From: Obrimoposthia wandeli
Taxonomy: Eukaryota
Length of the DNA: 64,000 bases
Reading direction: 5' to 3'
NCBI GenBank assembly: GCA_977020255.1
Contig: CDROCS010000506.1
Span: 1,302,001-1,366,000 of the forward strand
The position numbers and the translations under genes were made by a program. Positions 52,630 to 64,000 of this stretch are shown here, one piece after another. Position 1 is the first letter of the stretch. Each line of letters begins with the position of its first letter. The notes beneath the pieces are model-generated. The model was given only the letters and a program-made list of their open reading frames with translations. It was not told the origin of the DNA and ran no database searches.

Positions 52630-53148
52630 ATGAATGCAGATGTAATTATCGTTCTAGGCGCAAAGATAATGCCTTCTGGAAGGCCTTCTCCACAGCTATG
52701 TTACAGAGTAAAAAAATCTGTAACATTATATAGATCAGGCTATGCAAAATATATAATTATGACTGGTGGTATAACTAAAGATCTGATGTCAGAAGCTGCG
52801 ATTATGAAAAAAATCGCAGTTAAATATGGAGTTCCTGAAAATAGTATTATAATGGATGAATTATCACTTAACACATTTGAAAATGCAGTAAACTCTGTAG
52901 ATATAATGAATACACATAAATGGAATTGTGCCATTTTAGTTAGTGATTCTTATCATTTAACTAGAGCTACTCTACTCTTCTGGGCATTTGGTAAATCAGT
53001 AATTGGAATGTCTCAAGATGAAGGTAGGGGGAACATAAAAAAATGGGTATGGTGCTACTATCACCTAAGAGAAATACCTGCCACTTTATGGTATATAATA
53101 AAATTATTATTCTACCGCATGAAAAATTTAGTCAATCGAACTTGTTGA
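52630..53148 (+). CDS. YdcF/DUF218 family protein
   Basis: IIVLG, IIMTGG, SEA..M, GVP, S.NT.ENA, LVSDSYHLTRA. Confidence 0.85.
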   Translation: MNADVIIVLGAKIMPSGRPSPQLCYRVKKSVTLYRSGYAKYIIMTGGITKDLMSEAAIMKKIAVKYGVPENSIIMDELSLNTFENAVNSVDIMNTHKWNCAILVSDSYHLTRATLLFWAFGKSVIGMSQDEGRGNIKKWVWCYYHLREIPATLWYIIKLLFYRMKNLVNRTC

Positions 53149-53904
53149 ATTAGTCAATTTTGCTTTAGTCATTAAAAAACGAATCACACTGCTTACATGC
53201 CAGTAAAAGTGTTTTGAAAATATAGACCTATTTGCATGTTCAGCCAAATGCTGCATTTTAATTTCAGGATAAAATGTTAATGACTCGCCCAACTGTTTAC
53301 TTCTGTAGCAAATATCAATATCTTCGCAATACATAAAATATCTCTCATCAAACCCTTTTAAAATACAGTAGTGAGACGCTTTAAAAGCTAAAAAAGACCC
53401 CGCTGCCCAATCAACTTGAATCGGATTAGCTACAGTACTCTTATCGATAATAGCTGAGTTACCAAGCCCACAGAATGATTTAATAAATTGTGAAAAACTA
53501 GGGAAATTACGAATAGAGTTATCTGATACGGTAAACTTTCCATCTTTAAATAAGTTAATACCAGCAATTTTAACTTCATCTTCTGACATGCATTGAACTA
53601 ACTGATCTATCTCCTCTAAATCAGAAATAACATCAGGATTAAAGATAATAAAATAATCATTGTCATTCATACCTAGAGATTTTTTACAATATGAATATAC
53701 CACATTATTATTATGTCCAAAACCTATGCCATACTGCTCATCAATATATTGAATATTATGCAAATCTAAGTATGACGTGAGAGATTTATCTTCTAAATTT
53801 AATTTCACTATAACTGTAAATTTTTGAGCTAAAGTAGCTAAACATGCAAGCTGTTTGATTAACTCACCATGTCCATGCGAAACGACTGAAATAAAAACAG
53901 ACAT
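53128..53904 (-). CDS. Glycosyltransferase family 2, rhamnosyltransferase-like (WbbL-type)
   Basis: ISVVSHGH, GFGHNNN, FNPDV, DWAAGSFL, GFDERYFMYCEDIDIC; directly after rmlBADC. Confidence 0.82.
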   Translation of the reverse strand: MSVFISVVSHGHGELIKQLACLATLAQKFTVIVKLNLEDKSLTSYLDLHNIQYIDEQYGIGFGHNNNVVYSYCKKSLGMNDNDYFIIFNPDVISDLEEIDQLVQCMSEDEVKIAGINLFKDGKFTVSDNSIRNFPSFSQFIKSFCGLGNSAIIDKSTVANPIQVDWAAGSFLAFKASHYCILKGFDERYFMYCEDIDICYRSKQLGESLTFYPEIKMQHLAEHANRSIFSKHFYWHVSSVIRFLMTKAKLTNSTSSID

Positions 53905-53906
53905 GA

Positions 53907-54446
53907 TTAAAGCCCCACTGCAATATTAAATTTTACAGCATTAGCATCTTTCTTTGAAAGCAGAGGTTCAAATTCGACTGGCCATTCAATAGCTAAGTCA
54001 GAGTCATTCCACAATATAGAATGCTCTGATTCAGGATTATAATAATCTGTACATTTATATACAAATTCAGCTTCATCACTTATAACGTAAAAACCGTGTG
54101 CAAAGCCCTCGGGGACCCATAACTGGCGTTTATTCTCAGCTGATAAATAAACACCAACCCACTGACCATAAGTAACAGAGTCTCTTCGAACATCAACAGC
54201 TACATCAAAGACCTCACCCGAGGTAACACGTACTAATTTACCTTGCGTATTTTCAGTTTGATAATGTAACCCTCTCAAAATACCTTTTGTAGATTTAGAG
54301 TGATTATCTTGTACAAAAGTACGCTTCGCCACCTTTTCTTCAAATTCTTTTTGCTGCCAAGTTTCCATAAAAAAGCCGCGTTCGTCACCAAATACATTTG
54401 GCTCAATAATTTTTACTTCCGGAATATTTGTATCAATTACATTCAT
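53907..54446 (-). CDS. rmlC: dTDP-4-dehydrorhamnose 3,5-epimerase
   Basis: FGDERGFFME, QDNHSKS, LRGLHYQ, GFAHGF, YKCTDYY. Confidence 0.97.
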   Translation of the reverse strand: MNVIDTNIPEVKIIEPNVFGDERGFFMETWQQKEFEEKVAKRTFVQDNHSKSTKGILRGLHYQTENTQGKLVRVTSGEVFDVAVDVRRDSVTYGQWVGVYLSAENKRQLWVPEGFAHGFYVISDEAEFVYKCTDYYNPESEHSILWNDSDLAIEWPVEFEPLLSKKDANAVKFNIAVGL

Positions 54447-54488
54447 TTTAATAGCTCTTATTAATACAGTTGTTGTAAAATACGATTA

Positions 54489-55367
54489 TTACGCATAGTA
54501 CTTAACGCGGCGAAGAGCCGCTTGCCAGTCACTCGCTTCAATCCCAAACGATTCAACCATTTTATTTGTGGCTAATTTAGAATTAGCAGGTCGTTTCGCA
54601 GGGGTCGGATAATCCGCGGTAGAAATACTGCTAAGAGCAGGGATTTTATCAAATACATCTTGTTCTTTTGCTGAGTTAAAAATTGTCTCAGCAAATTCAA
54701 ACCAACTAACGTGTGGAAAACCTGAAAAATGATATATGCCATATGTAACTGGTTTTTTTTGCTCAATTTGAGTTGCGATCTCAATTAAAGCACCAGCGAT
54801 ATCACCTGCATAGGTGGGGCCACCAAATTGGTCACCAACAATACTTAATGAATCTCTATCTTTACCGAGGCGCAGCATCGTTTTTACGAAGTTATTACCA
54901 TGTTCACCAAATACCCAAGCAGTTCTTAGAATAATGTGCTTATCGCAAGCAGCAGCAACGGCTAATTCACCAGCAAGTTTACTATGTCCGTAGGTACCTT
55001 GTGGTTCGGTTAAGTCTTCAGGGTGATACTCACCGTCTTTATCTCCTGCGAATACATAATCCGTTGATATATGTAACATTGCAGCATTTATTTTTTGCGC
55101 TGATTCAGCAAGATATTTAGGCCCGTCACGATTGATTTTATACGAGAGCTCAACTTCTTTTTCTGCATTATCTACAGCAGTATGAGCAGCTGCGTTGATA
55201 ATCACGTTTGGATTAAACTTTAAAACAATTTTATTTACAGCCACAGGGTCTGTAATATCCAGGTCTTCTCGAGTTAACGCGAGTACGACTATATTTTCTT
55301 TTATATTTAGCTGTTCAGTTAAACAATGTCCTACTTGGCCATTAGAGCCTGTAATCAATACCCGCAT
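54489..55367 (-). CDS. rmlD: dTDP-4-dehydrorhamnose reductase
   Basis: TGSNGQVG, NAAAHTAVD, HISTDYVF, YGHSKLAGE, PTPAKRP. Confidence 0.96.
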   Translation of the reverse strand: MRVLITGSNGQVGHCLTEQLNIKENIVVLALTREDLDITDPVAVNKIVLKFNPNVIINAAAHTAVDNAEKEVELSYKINRDGPKYLAESAQKINAAMLHISTDYVFAGDKDGEYHPEDLTEPQGTYGHSKLAGELAVAAACDKHIILRTAWVFGEHGNNFVKTMLRLGKDRDSLSIVGDQFGGPTYAGDIAGALIEIATQIEQKKPVTYGIYHFSGFPHVSWFEFAETIFNSAKEQDVFDKIPALSSISTADYPTPAKRPANSKLATNKMVESFGIEASDWQAALRRVKYYA

Positions 55368-55376
55368 AATTTCAAT

Positions 55377-56255
55377 TTACCTTTTTTGAGATTCGTCAAT
55401 TAAACGTTTTAAATATTGTCCATACTCATTTTTCATCATAGGCTTAGCTATCTCGAGAACTTGTTCACTACTTAACCAGCCATTACGCCATGATATTTCT
55501 TCTAAACAAGCCACTTTTAGCCCTTGAATATGCTCAATAGTTTGCACGAAAGATGATGCCTCATGTAAACTTTCATGAGTACCAGTGTCTAACCAAGCAA
55601 AGCCTCGACCTAACAATTCCACATTCAACGAATTATCATTTAGATACATTTCATTAATACTCGTGATTTCTAATTCACCACGATGTGATGGTTTAACTTG
55701 TTTTGCGAAGTCTACCACACGATTATCATAAAAATATAATCCAGTTACCGCATAATTAGATTTAGGTTCTAGTGGCTTTTCTTCAATTGAAATTGCTCGC
55801 ATATTTTCATCGAACTCAACAACACCGAAACGTTCAGGATCTTTAACTTGATAACCAAATACAGTTGAACCTTCTTTTCTATTTACTGCATTTTTCAATG
55901 TACTGGTAAATGATTGGCCATAAAAGATATTGTCACCCAATACTAAACAGCAATTACCACTACCGATAAAATGTTCACCGATAATAAATGCCTGCGCTAG
56001 ACCATCAGGACTAGGTTGAATTTCATATTCCAAGTTAATCCCGAAATCAGAACCATCGCCTAATAAACGCTTAAAACTTTCATTATCTTCAGGGGTTGTG
56101 ATTATGAGGATATCTCGAATACCAGCTAACATTAATGTTGAGATAGGATAAAAGATCATTGGCTTATCATAAATAGGCAACAATTGTTTAGATACACCAC
56201 GTGTAAGGGGGTATAAACGCGTACCAGAACCGCCAGCTAAGATGATACCTTTCAT
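55377..56255 (-). CDS. rmlA: Glucose-1-phosphate thymidylyltransferase
   Basis: [43 protein letters not shown]. Confidence 0.97.
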   Translation of the reverse strand: MKGIILAGGSGTRLYPLTRGVSKQLLPIYDKPMIFYPISTLMLAGIRDILIITTPEDNESFKRLLGDGSDFGINLEYEIQPSPDGLAQAFIIGEHFIGSGNCCLVLGDNIFYGQSFTSTLKNAVNRKEGSTVFGYQVKDPERFGVVEFDENMRAISIEEKPLEPKSNYAVTGLYFYDNRVVDFAKQVKPSHRGELEITSINEMYLNDNSLNVELLGRGFAWLDTGTHESLHEASSFVQTIEHIQGLKVACLEEISWRNGWLSSEQVLEIAKPMMKNEYGQYLKRLIDESQKR

Positions 56256-57331
56256 TATTTATTCCCCTCTGCAGTGATACCTAAACGTTCACCTGCATAT
56301 GAACCATCAAGTACACGAGACCACCACGGTTTGTTATCTAAATACCATTCAACGGTTTTACGAATACCACTTTCAAATGTTTCTTCCGGCTTCCAGTTTA
56401 ATTCTTGTTCTATTTTACTTGCATCAATAGCGTAACGAACATCATGACCAGGACGGTCCAATACATACATAATTAAATCTTGATATTTAGCAACCCCTTC
56501 AGGTTTTACAGGTACTAATTCCTCAAGTAACTGACAGATAGTTTTAACAACATCAATATTAGCTTTTTCATTGTGTCCGCCAATATTATAGGTTTCACCT
56601 ACCTCACCTTCCGTCACAACCTTATACAACGCTCGAGCATGATCTTCAACAAACAACCAATCACGGATTTGCTGACCATTACCATATACAGGTAAAGCTT
56701 TACCCGCTAAGGCATTTAAAATAACGAGGGGAATGAGCTTCTCAGGAAAATGATAAGGTCCATAATTGTTCGAACAATTAGTTATTACAGTTGGTAAGCC
56801 ATAAGTACGTTGCCATGCACGTACCAGATGATCACTGGAGGCTTTTGATGCTGAATATGGAGAGCTTGGAGCGTAAGATGTTTCTTCTGTAAATAAATCT
56901 TCAGGTCCGTCAAGATCACCATAAACTTCATCTGTTGAGATGTGATGAAAACGGAATGAAGCCTTTTTATTGGCATCTAACTTGCTCCAGTAAGCACGTG
57001 TAGCTTCTAATAATGTATAAGTACCTACGATATTAGTTTCAATAAAGTCTGCGGGTCCATCAATGGAACGATCAACATGGGACTCAGCAGCTAAATGCAT
57101 AACTGCGTCAGGTTTATACATTTGAAATACTCTATCTAGTTCGATTCGATTACAAATGCTAACTTTTTCAAAACTATAGCGATCATCAAACTCAATATTA
57201 GATAATGACTCTAGATTACCCGCGTATGTTAAGTTATCAATATTAACCACTGTATTATTTGTATTCGCGATTATATGCCTAACTACAGCTGAACCAATAA
57301 AACCAGCCCCACCTGTTATTAATAATTTCAT
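56255..57331 (-). CDS. rmlB: dTDP-glucose 4,6-dehydratase
   Basis: [46 protein letters not shown]. Confidence 0.97.
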   Translation of the reverse strand: MKLLITGGAGFIGSAVVRHIIANTNNTVVNIDNLTYAGNLESLSNIEFDDRYSFEKVSICNRIELDRVFQMYKPDAVMHLAAESHVDRSIDGPADFIETNIVGTYTLLEATRAYWSKLDANKKASFRFHHISTDEVYGDLDGPEDLFTEETSYAPSSPYSASKASSDHLVRAWQRTYGLPTVITNCSNNYGPYHFPEKLIPLVILNALAGKALPVYGNGQQIRDWLFVEDHARALYKVVTEGEVGETYNIGGHNEKANIDVVKTICQLLEELVPVKPEGVAKYQDLIMYVLDRPGHDVRYAIDASKIEQELNWKPEETFESGIRKTVEWYLDNKPWWSRVLDGSYAGERLGITAEGNK

Positions 57332-57333
57332 AA

Positions 57334-58749
57334 TTAATTTCTCAGTAATGTCAGTATATCTAATGTTTTTTCATTCATTAAATCTACATTATTTTTAGAT
57401 TCAACATTTAATCTCACAACTGGTTCGGTATTTGACGAGCGCAAATTAAATCGCCAGTCATTAAACTCTAAGCTAATGCCATCGGTTTCATCCACTACCA
57501 GTGCATCAGACTCATATGCTGCCCGTACTCTAGCAATTGCTTCGGCCGGATTAGCGAGCTTAGAATTAATTTCACCCGATGATGGATAAGCTTCGATACG
57601 CGCTTTAACTGTATCTGACAATTTAATGTTTTTAACTGACAACAGTTCCGTCACCAACAACCAAGGAATCATACCTGAATCACAATAAGCGAAGTCACGG
57701 AAGTAATGATGTGCACTCATCTCTCCACCGTATACGGCATCCTCTAGGCGCATACGGTCTTTAATAAAAGCGTGACCAGTTTTAGACATAATCGGTACAC
57801 CGCCGTTTGCTTCCACAATATCGATGGTGTTCCAGCTCAAGCGTGGGTCATGAATGATTTTAGCGCCGGCATTTTTTTGTAAGAATGCTTCAGCTAATAA
57901 ACCAACAATATAATAGCCTTCAATGAACTCACCATGCTCATCAAACAAGAAACAACGGTCAAAGTCACCATCCCATGCAATGCCCATATCAGCATTATGT
58001 TCGATGACAGCATTTGCTGTATCAGCGCGACAATCATGTAATAAAGGATTAGGAATGCCGTTCGGGAAGTTACCGTCAGCTTCATGGTGAACTTTAATAA
58101 ACTCAACTGGCATGCTTAAGGCTTGAAAGCGAGATTCCAGGGCATCAATAACATGTCCCGCCGCGCCATTACCTGAGTTCACAACCAATTTAATTGGTTT
58201 GATGTTAGAAGGAGTAATGTACGTCATTAGGTGGTCAACATATTCAGTTAATGTTGACTGTTGTGTTAATGATCCGCGTAGTTCTTCTACCACTGCAGGA
58301 AAATCATTGGCTTCAGCAAGCGCTTGAATTTCATGTAGACCGGTATCACCACTGATTGGTTTTGAGTCTTCACGCACTAATTTCATGCCATTATAATCCA
58401 TCGGATTGTGGCTCGCCGTTACTTCAACACCACCATCAATACCAAGAAATTTAGTTGCAAAGTAAATTTCTTCCGTACCCGTCATACCTAAGTCGATAAC
58501 GTCAACGCCAGCATCCATCAGACCGTTTGCAAGTGCGAGCTTTAGCTCTTCAGATGTTAGGCGTACATCGCCGCCAACCACAACTGTCTTTCGTTCTTCG
58601 TTTGCAATGTTGTTTTCTGAAAGCTTATTTTCAGAAAACAAGTACTGGCCAAATGCACGGCCAATACGGTAGGCGATATCGTTGTTTAGTTCTGTGCCCA
58701 ATTGACCACGAATGTCATAGGCTTTAAATGCGGTTAGTTGTTTAGACAT
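57334..58749 (-). CDS. manB: Phosphomannomutase
   Basis: [40 protein letters not shown]. Confidence 0.96.
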   Translation of the reverse strand: MSKQLTAFKAYDIRGQLGTELNNDIAYRIGRAFGQYLFSENKLSENNIANEERKTVVVGGDVRLTSEELKLALANGLMDAGVDVIDLGMTGTEEIYFATKFLGIDGGVEVTASHNPMDYNGMKLVREDSKPISGDTGLHEIQALAEANDFPAVVEELRGSLTQQSTLTEYVDHLMTYITPSNIKPIKLVVNSGNGAAGHVIDALESRFQALSMPVEFIKVHHEADGNFPNGIPNPLLHDCRADTANAVIEHNADMGIAWDGDFDRCFLFDEHGEFIEGYYIVGLLAEAFLQKNAGAKIIHDPRLSWNTIDIVEANGGVPIMSKTGHAFIKDRMRLEDAVYGGEMSAHHYFRDFAYCDSGMIPWLLVTELLSVKNIKLSDTVKARIEAYPSSGEINSKLANPAEAIARVRAAYESDALVVDETDGISLEFNDWRFNLRSSNTEPVVRLNVESKNNVDLMNEKTLDILTLLRN

Positions 58750-58800
58750 AACGATTAACTCAACTCTTATTTTTTAGTGGGCGTTGTCTTTATGGCTAAC

Positions 58801-60252
58801 TTAAACACGGCCATATTTATCATCGAAACGAATAATATCATCTTCGCCAAGGTATGAACCCGTTTGTACTTCAATCATCTCCAGCGGTATTTTACCTGGG
58901 TTTTCTAACGCGTGTATTTGACCAAGAGGAATGTAAGTTGACTCATTTTCTGTCACTAAAATAGTTTTATCACCATTTAATACACTTGCCGTACCTGACA
59001 CTACAATCCAATGCTCAGAACGATGGAAGTGCTTCTGAATAGACAGCTTCTCACCTGGTTTAACGGTGATACGTTTAACTTGGTCACGCTCACCAAAATC
59101 AATTGAATCATATTTACCCCAAGGGCGATAAACTTCACGCTGATGTTTAAATTCATAACGGTCTTGTGCTTTTAACGTCTCAACGATGGTTTTCACATCT
59201 TGCACTTTATCTTTGCATGCAACGAGTAATGCATCTTTGGTTTCAACAATCACCAAATTATCAACACCAACAGTGGTTACTAATTTATGACCTGCGTTGA
59301 TGTATGAGTTTGTAGTGTTATGTGCAATCACGTCACCGTGATTAACGTTGCCGTTGCTATCTTTTTCGCTTACCTCCCACAACGATGAGAATGAACCTAC
59401 GTCACTCCAACCAGCATTCATTGGTACCACGATTGCACCAGTTTCACCTAATTGACAAAGAGGCTCCATAACCGCGTAATCAATTGAATCTTCAGGACAT
59501 TTCGCAAAGATATCTGCACTTATACGGGTGAAATCTAAATCTTGTGTTTTGTTTTCATAAGCTTTGGTACACACAGCTAGCATCTCTGGTGAGAATTTTG
59601 CTAACTCTTCTAGGTAGCGTGATGCTTTAAACATAAACATACCGCTGTTCCACAAGTATTCACCTGAATCAAGGTAAGTTTGCGCTGTTGCTAAATCCGG
59701 CTTTTCTACAAAACTATCAACATCAAAGCCTTCTGCAGTGCTTGCGTCGCTTTGAGCTTGTGTTGTCTGCTGTTTGTTACCTTGCTTGATATAACCATAA
59801 CCCGTTTCAGCATGTGTTGGCACAATACCAAAAGTCACTAAGCGACCTTGTGATGCGAAAGCTTTTGCATCAATAACGGCTTGTTGAAATGCCGGTACGT
59901 TTTTAATCACGTGGTCAGCAGCAAGGATAAGCAATAATGGGTTTTCACCTTTTCCCACAGCAGCAAGGGCTGCAAGTGTGATTGCTGGTGCGGTATTTTT
60001 ACCCATTGGTTCAAGAATGATATCAGTCGCTGGTGTATTGTTTTCACGTAACTGCTCTGCAACGATAAATCGATGTTCGTTATTGCAGATAATTAATGGA
60101 TTTAAACAGGCTGAATCATCAAGACGATTAATGGTTTCTTGCAATAAGGTGTTTTCATTAAGCAGTGCTAAGAATTGTTTTGGGTGTAATGCGCGAGATA
60201 GCGGCCATAAGCGTGAACCGCTACCGCCAGACATGATGACAGGTAAAATCAT
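58801..60252 (-). CDS. manC: Mannose-1-phosphate guanylyltransferase/mannose-6-phosphate isomerase
   Basis: [34 protein letters not shown]; cupin RPWG..HRSEHW. Confidence 0.97.
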   Translation of the reverse strand: MILPVIMSGGSGSRLWPLSRALHPKQFLALLNENTLLQETINRLDDSACLNPLIICNNEHRFIVAEQLRENNTPATDIILEPMGKNTAPAITLAALAAVGKGENPLLLILAADHVIKNVPAFQQAVIDAKAFASQGRLVTFGIVPTHAETGYGYIKQGNKQQTTQAQSDASTAEGFDVDSFVEKPDLATAQTYLDSGEYLWNSGMFMFKASRYLEELAKFSPEMLAVCTKAYENKTQDLDFTRISADIFAKCPEDSIDYAVMEPLCQLGETGAIVVPMNAGWSDVGSFSSLWEVSEKDSNGNVNHGDVIAHNTTNSYINAGHKLVTTVGVDNLVIVETKDALLVACKDKVQDVKTIVETLKAQDRYEFKHQREVYRPWGKYDSIDFGERDQVKRITVKPGEKLSIQKHFHRSEHWIVVSGTASVLNGDKTILVTENESTYIPLGQIHALENPGKIPLEMIEVQTGSYLGEDDIIRFDDKYGRV

Positions 60253-60299
60253 AATAAACCTTTAATTAAGAGTTGATGACTGAAATGAATATGCTTTCT

Positions 60300-60749
60300 T
60301 TAAGCGAAGTACCATTTACTGTGTTGATGCACGTCACTCTGACTGAGTAGCGTATTTACATCAAGCCATTGATATTGACTGTGTTGTTCTTTTGGTAATG
60401 ACAGTTGTGATTCATCGACAACTATCTCATAACCTAACACAACATAATGTGTTGAAACATGCTCACCGAACACACAGTCATTGTAGAAGTGTTCAAATGG
60501 ACCAAGATATTTGGCGTCATTAATTGAATACGTTAAACCGAGTTCATTTTCACATAATCGTGTGAAAGCATCGTTCATTGATTCATTTTTTTGAATTCGA
60601 CCACCGGGCACAAACCAAAAGTTTTGAGCTGGTCTATTGGTTCTAAAACCCAATAACGCCTGTCCCTGTTTGTTTTTTACAACAAGGTCTATAGAGATAA
60701 GTGGCGTTGAATCAATAATCGTTTCAAACGTTTGGTTATCTAAAAACAT
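60300..60749 (-). CDS. gmm: GDP-mannose mannosyl hydrolase (Nudix)
   Basis: TPLISID, RPAQNFWFVPGGRIQKNE, THYVVLGY. Confidence 0.93.
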   Translation of the reverse strand: MFLDNQTFETIIDSTPLISIDLVVKNKQGQALLGFRTNRPAQNFWFVPGGRIQKNESMNDAFTRLCENELGLTYSINDAKYLGPFEHFYNDCVFGEHVSTHYVVLGYEIVVDESQLSLPKEQHSQYQWLDVNTLLSQSDVHQHSKWYFA

Positions 60750-60852
60750 AAAAGTCCTTAGTATTAGCGTTAATAGTAAAAAGGAGAGGCGAGGTATTCG
60801 AGTTTTATTAGCCCCAATACCTCACTCACTCCTTTAAATATCATGCTTTATG

Positions 60853-61815
60853 TTACTTTCTGAATGAGTCTTGATTATCTAAGAACCATTGGAACGCATT
60901 TTTCAAGCCAGACTCTAAGTCAACTTGATAGCGCCAACCTAAACTAGCTAAGCGTTCAACATTCATCAGTTTACGCGGAGCACCATCTGGTTTCGATGTA
61001 TCAAAGACGATATCACCTTTAAAGCCAGTTACTTTAGCAACCGTTTCAACCAATTCACGAATGGTACAATCAACACCTGTACCCACGTTAATATGGCTTA
61101 GCATTGATTCCGTATTTTCTTCATACGTATCAGCTGCTAGATTCATCACATGAATAGATGCAGCGGCCATATCATCAACGTACAGGAACTCACGCATCGG
61201 TTTACCACTGCCCCATGCAATCACTTCCTTGTCATTGTTTAATGCAGCTTCATGGAAACGACGTAACAATGCAGGGATCACATGAGAGTTTTCCGGATGG
61301 AAATTATCATGTGGGCCGTACAAGTTCGTTGGCATCACACTGCGATAGTTACGACCGTGTTGACGGTTGTAAGATTCACACAGTTTGATACCTGCAATCT
61401 TAGCCACTGCATACGGTTCATTAGTCGGTTCTAATGTGCCGGTTAGCAATGCCGATTCAGCCATTGGCTGCTCTGCAAGTCTTGGATAGATACACGATGA
61501 ACCTAAGAATAATAAATCTTGTACATCGGCATTATGTGCTGCGTTAATGATATTACTTTGAATCATTAAATTTTCATAAATGAAATCAGCAGGGTAAGTA
61601 TTATTACCCACAATGCCACCTACTTTAGCCGCCGCTAAGTAAACTTGGTCAATTGATTCAGTTTCAAAGAATGCATTCACAGCTGCTTGATTAGTTAAAT
61701 CAAGCTCACTGCGCGTTCTTAATACCAGTTCAATATCACCTTGCGCTTCAAGCTGACGAACAATGGCTGAACCGACCATACCGCGATGACCCGCTACATA
61801 AATACGTTTAGTCAT
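60853..61815 (-). CDS. fcl: GDP-L-fucose synthase
   Basis: [48 protein letters not shown]. Confidence 0.97.
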   Translation of the reverse strand: MTKRIYVAGHRGMVGSAIVRQLEAQGDIELVLRTRSELDLTNQAAVNAFFETESIDQVYLAAAKVGGIVGNNTYPADFIYENLMIQSNIINAAHNADVQDLLFLGSSCIYPRLAEQPMAESALLTGTLEPTNEPYAVAKIAGIKLCESYNRQHGRNYRSVMPTNLYGPHDNFHPENSHVIPALLRRFHEAALNNDKEVIAWGSGKPMREFLYVDDMAAASIHVMNLAADTYEENTESMLSHINVGTGVDCTIRELVETVAKVTGFKGDIVFDTSKPDGAPRKLMNVERLASLGWRYQVDLESGLKNAFQWFLDNQDSFRK

Positions 61816-61817
61816 GA

Positions 61818-62945
61818 TTAGCTTTCTTTTGTTACTGAAACAGAATAACCGTGTGCTTTTAGTAATGCGTGTTGTTTTGCTTTTGCAAGGTCGTTTGCAA
61901 CCATTTCAGCACACATTTCTTCAACTGTAATTTGTGGTACCCAGCCTAGCTTTTCTTTTGCTTTTGTTGGGTCGCCAAGTAGTGTTTCTACTTCAGCAGG
62001 ACGGAAATAACGTGTATCAACTTTCACAATTACATCGCCTACTGAAACACCTTTCGCGTTATCACCGGTGATGCTAACCACTGTTGCGATTTCATCTACC
62101 CCGACACCTGAAAATTCAAGTTCAATACCAACGTTTTCAGCTGAGATGCGTACGAATTCACGTACAGAAATTTGCTTGCCTGTTGCAATAACGAAATCGT
62201 CAGCAACGTCTTGTTGTAACATCATCCACTGCATACGAACGTAGTCTTTAGCATGACCCCAATCACGTAACGCGTCCATGTTGCCAAGATATAAACATTG
62301 CTCTAAACCTTGAGAAATATTGGTAATTGCGCGAGTAATTTTACGGGTTACAAATGTTTCACCACGGCGTGGTGATTCATGGTTAAACAGAATACCGTTA
62401 CACGCATACATGCCGTAAGATTCACGGTAGTTTACCACAATCCAATAAGCATACATTTTTGCTACTGCATAAGGTGAACGCGGGTGGAATGGCGTTGTTT
62501 CACGCTGTGGGATTTCTTGTACTTCACCGTAAAGTTCTGACGTAGAAGCTTGGTAGAATTTAGTCTTTTTCTCAAGACCTAAGAAACGAATTGCTTCAAG
62601 TAGACGGAGAGTACCCATTGCATCAACATCAGCTGTGTATTCTGGACATTCAAAAGAAACTGCAACGTGTGACTGTGCGCCTAAGTTATATACTTCATCT
62701 GGCTGTACATCTTTAATAATACGTGTAAGGTTTGAAGAATCAGTTAAGTCACCATAATGTAAGAAAAACTTCTGATTTTTTTCATGATTATCTTGATAGA
62801 TATGATCAACACGTTCAGTGTTTAACGATGATGCACGACGTTTAATACCATGTACCTCATAGCCTTTTTCTAATAATAGTTCAGCTAAATATGAGCCATC
62901 TTGGCCTGTTACACCTGTAATTAACGCGACTTTATTATTTTTCAT
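61818..62945 (-). CDS. gmd: GDP-mannose 4,6-dehydratase
   Basis: [44 protein letters not shown]. Confidence 0.98.
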   Translation of the reverse strand: MKNNKVALITGVTGQDGSYLAELLLEKGYEVHGIKRRASSLNTERVDHIYQDNHEKNQKFFLHYGDLTDSSNLTRIIKDVQPDEVYNLGAQSHVAVSFECPEYTADVDAMGTLRLLEAIRFLGLEKKTKFYQASTSELYGEVQEIPQRETTPFHPRSPYAVAKMYAYWIVVNYRESYGMYACNGILFNHESPRRGETFVTRKITRAITNISQGLEQCLYLGNMDALRDWGHAKDYVRMQWMMLQQDVADDFVIATGKQISVREFVRISAENVGIELEFSGVGVDEIATVVSITGDNAKGVSVGDVIVKVDTRYFRPAEVETLLGDPTKAKEKLGWVPQITVEEMCAEMVANDLAKAKQHALLKAHGYSVSVTKES

Positions 62946-63090
62946 TTATAGACCTTTCATTTAAATTTTTACATTGTTGAATATATATAGCTTTATTTAA
63001 ATATTTTATTTAGATTACAAATCACACGAAAATTGCATTAAAAACACCGCTAGCAGCAGGTGAAAATCACGAAGCCTCCGCTCCCTGCAA

Positions 63091-63588
63091 CACGGAAAAA
63101 TAATAAAGAACCCTATTCACTAAGGCTTGCGAGAACAAGTAAAAGATAGCTTTCATTCATCGCACACTTCATTCTTTTTCTTTTCACGCTAGCTTTAAAA
63201 CTTTTTTAATTTTTAAGCAGGCTCAAACTCATTTTCCTGATCCTTGCAAAACTTTCTGCTCGTTCATCTATTCTTATTCGTGAATTATCTTCTCTAAACG
63301 CTGTATTCAACGACCAATGCTTCGATTCTACCAGCCAATGAGAGCGTGTCGATTCCAATAGTGTTCTCGCATCTAACGCTTTAGAGCTAATATAAAATCT
63401 AATCGCAAGGTCATCTTTCCTGGCAGGTTCAATGTCTGTTGATCTTATCGAAACAACAATTGCCATACTTTTTAACTCTAGCCACTCAGATTCTAAATCG
63501 CCTAAAGCAGAGAAGTCTTCATTAACTAATGCCAACCTTGTTTCTTTTCTTCCTCGCGATATTTCTTGTATGCTATAAGAACTACCAT
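63091..63588 (-). mobile_element. ISAs1 (H-repeat) family transposase 3' remnant, degenerate
   Basis: QEISRGRKETRL..., RFYISS, RSHWLVESKHWSLNTAFRED.SRIR; premature TAA, then a frameshift into KRMKCAMNESYL..VLASL; right end near CACGG is tentative. Confidence 0.82.
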
Positions 63589-64000
63589 TGTAGTGGTCAA
63601 GTAAAACTGTACACCTAGATAGGCGTTTTAATTATGCTGCAGCTTCCATCATCACAGGCGACAAATAGTTATTATAACTATGAACTCTTTTTGTATTGTA
63701 ATTCTGCAGTATATATTTGAGTGTATCACGCTCAGCTTCAGCAAAAGTGTTATAGCATTCCTTCGGCATCCACTCTGTTTTGAAACGTCTAAAAAATCGT
63801 TCCATTGGGGCGCTGTCCCAACAATTGCCGCGTCGGCTCATACTTTGTGTCATTTGGTATTTCCACAACGCATGTCTGAATTGAAGGCTCGTGTAATGAC
63901 AACCTTGGCCGGGATGGAACATAACATTTTTTGGTCATCCTCGGCTTTCATAAGCCATTCGGAGCGCCGCACAAGTTAAATCTGTGTTTGGGCTATCTGA
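63589..64000 (-). mobile_element. IS3-family element, right end and degenerate integrase (OrfB) fragment; runs off the window
   Basis: QSMSRRGNCWDSAPMERFFRRFKTEW, YNTKRVHSYN; in-frame TGA in AYESRG*PKNVMFH; terminal repeat TGTAGTGGTCAAGTAAAACTGTACAC at 63589-63614. Confidence 0.88.

Noticed and set aside
60231-60238. ops-like GGCGGTAG on the minus strand
   Set aside because: Lies in manC codons for the conserved SGGSG motif, so it is explained by protein constraint.
58760-60276. Perfect 10-bp inverted repeat (TCAACTCTTA / TAAGAGTTGA) flanking manC
   Set aside because: An AT-rich 10-mer pair is expected by chance given the many spacer pairs examined; no recombinase nearby.
63040-63095. JUMPStart/ops-like sequence upstream of gmd (GCAGGGAGCGGAGGC)
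   Set aside because: Lacks the GGCGGTAG core; similarity too loose.

Overview
64 kb of chromosome from an AT-rich marine gammaproteobacterium. It has a Na+-type PomAB stator, a GlyGly-CTERM sorting signal and Vibrio/Shewanella-like gene order; Moritella-like is my inference. The left half (1-34.7 kb) is housekeeping and scavenging: secreted endonuclease I with GlyGly-CTERM, ushA, oppABCDF, lipase plus foldase, pomAB, xseB-ispA-dxs, dppABCDF, nrdR-ribD-ribE-ribBX-ribH-nusB-thiL-pgpA, two uncharacterised exported proteins, glyA and an orphan torD. The right half (34.8-63 kb) is a minus-strand surface-polysaccharide locus: gmd-fcl-gmm-manC-manB, rmlBADC, a rhamnosyltransferase, wecA-galE, a beta-CASP metallo-hydrolase, waaL, three glycosyltransferases, pseB-C-F-G/H-I, ugd, uge and galU. 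It ends in nested degenerate ISAs1 and IS3 remnants. No CRISPR array, tRNA or rRNA was seen. The most notable observations are: (1) dispersed repeats built from hairpins with GGA in the loop (CsrA-site architecture), one of them in the dpp 3' UTR; (2) pseC frameshifted inside a repeat-derived insert with A7 and A8 tracts, either phase variation or a homopolymer error; (3) a CPSF-like beta-CASP nuclease and an inverted DUF218 gene inside the LPS locus; (4) a lipase with divergent catalytic motifs paired with a C-terminally remodelled foldase. Caveat: about 1550-2750 is dense in indels and looks like low-accuracy sequence, so frameshifts in this window need read-level checking. No databases or programs were run.
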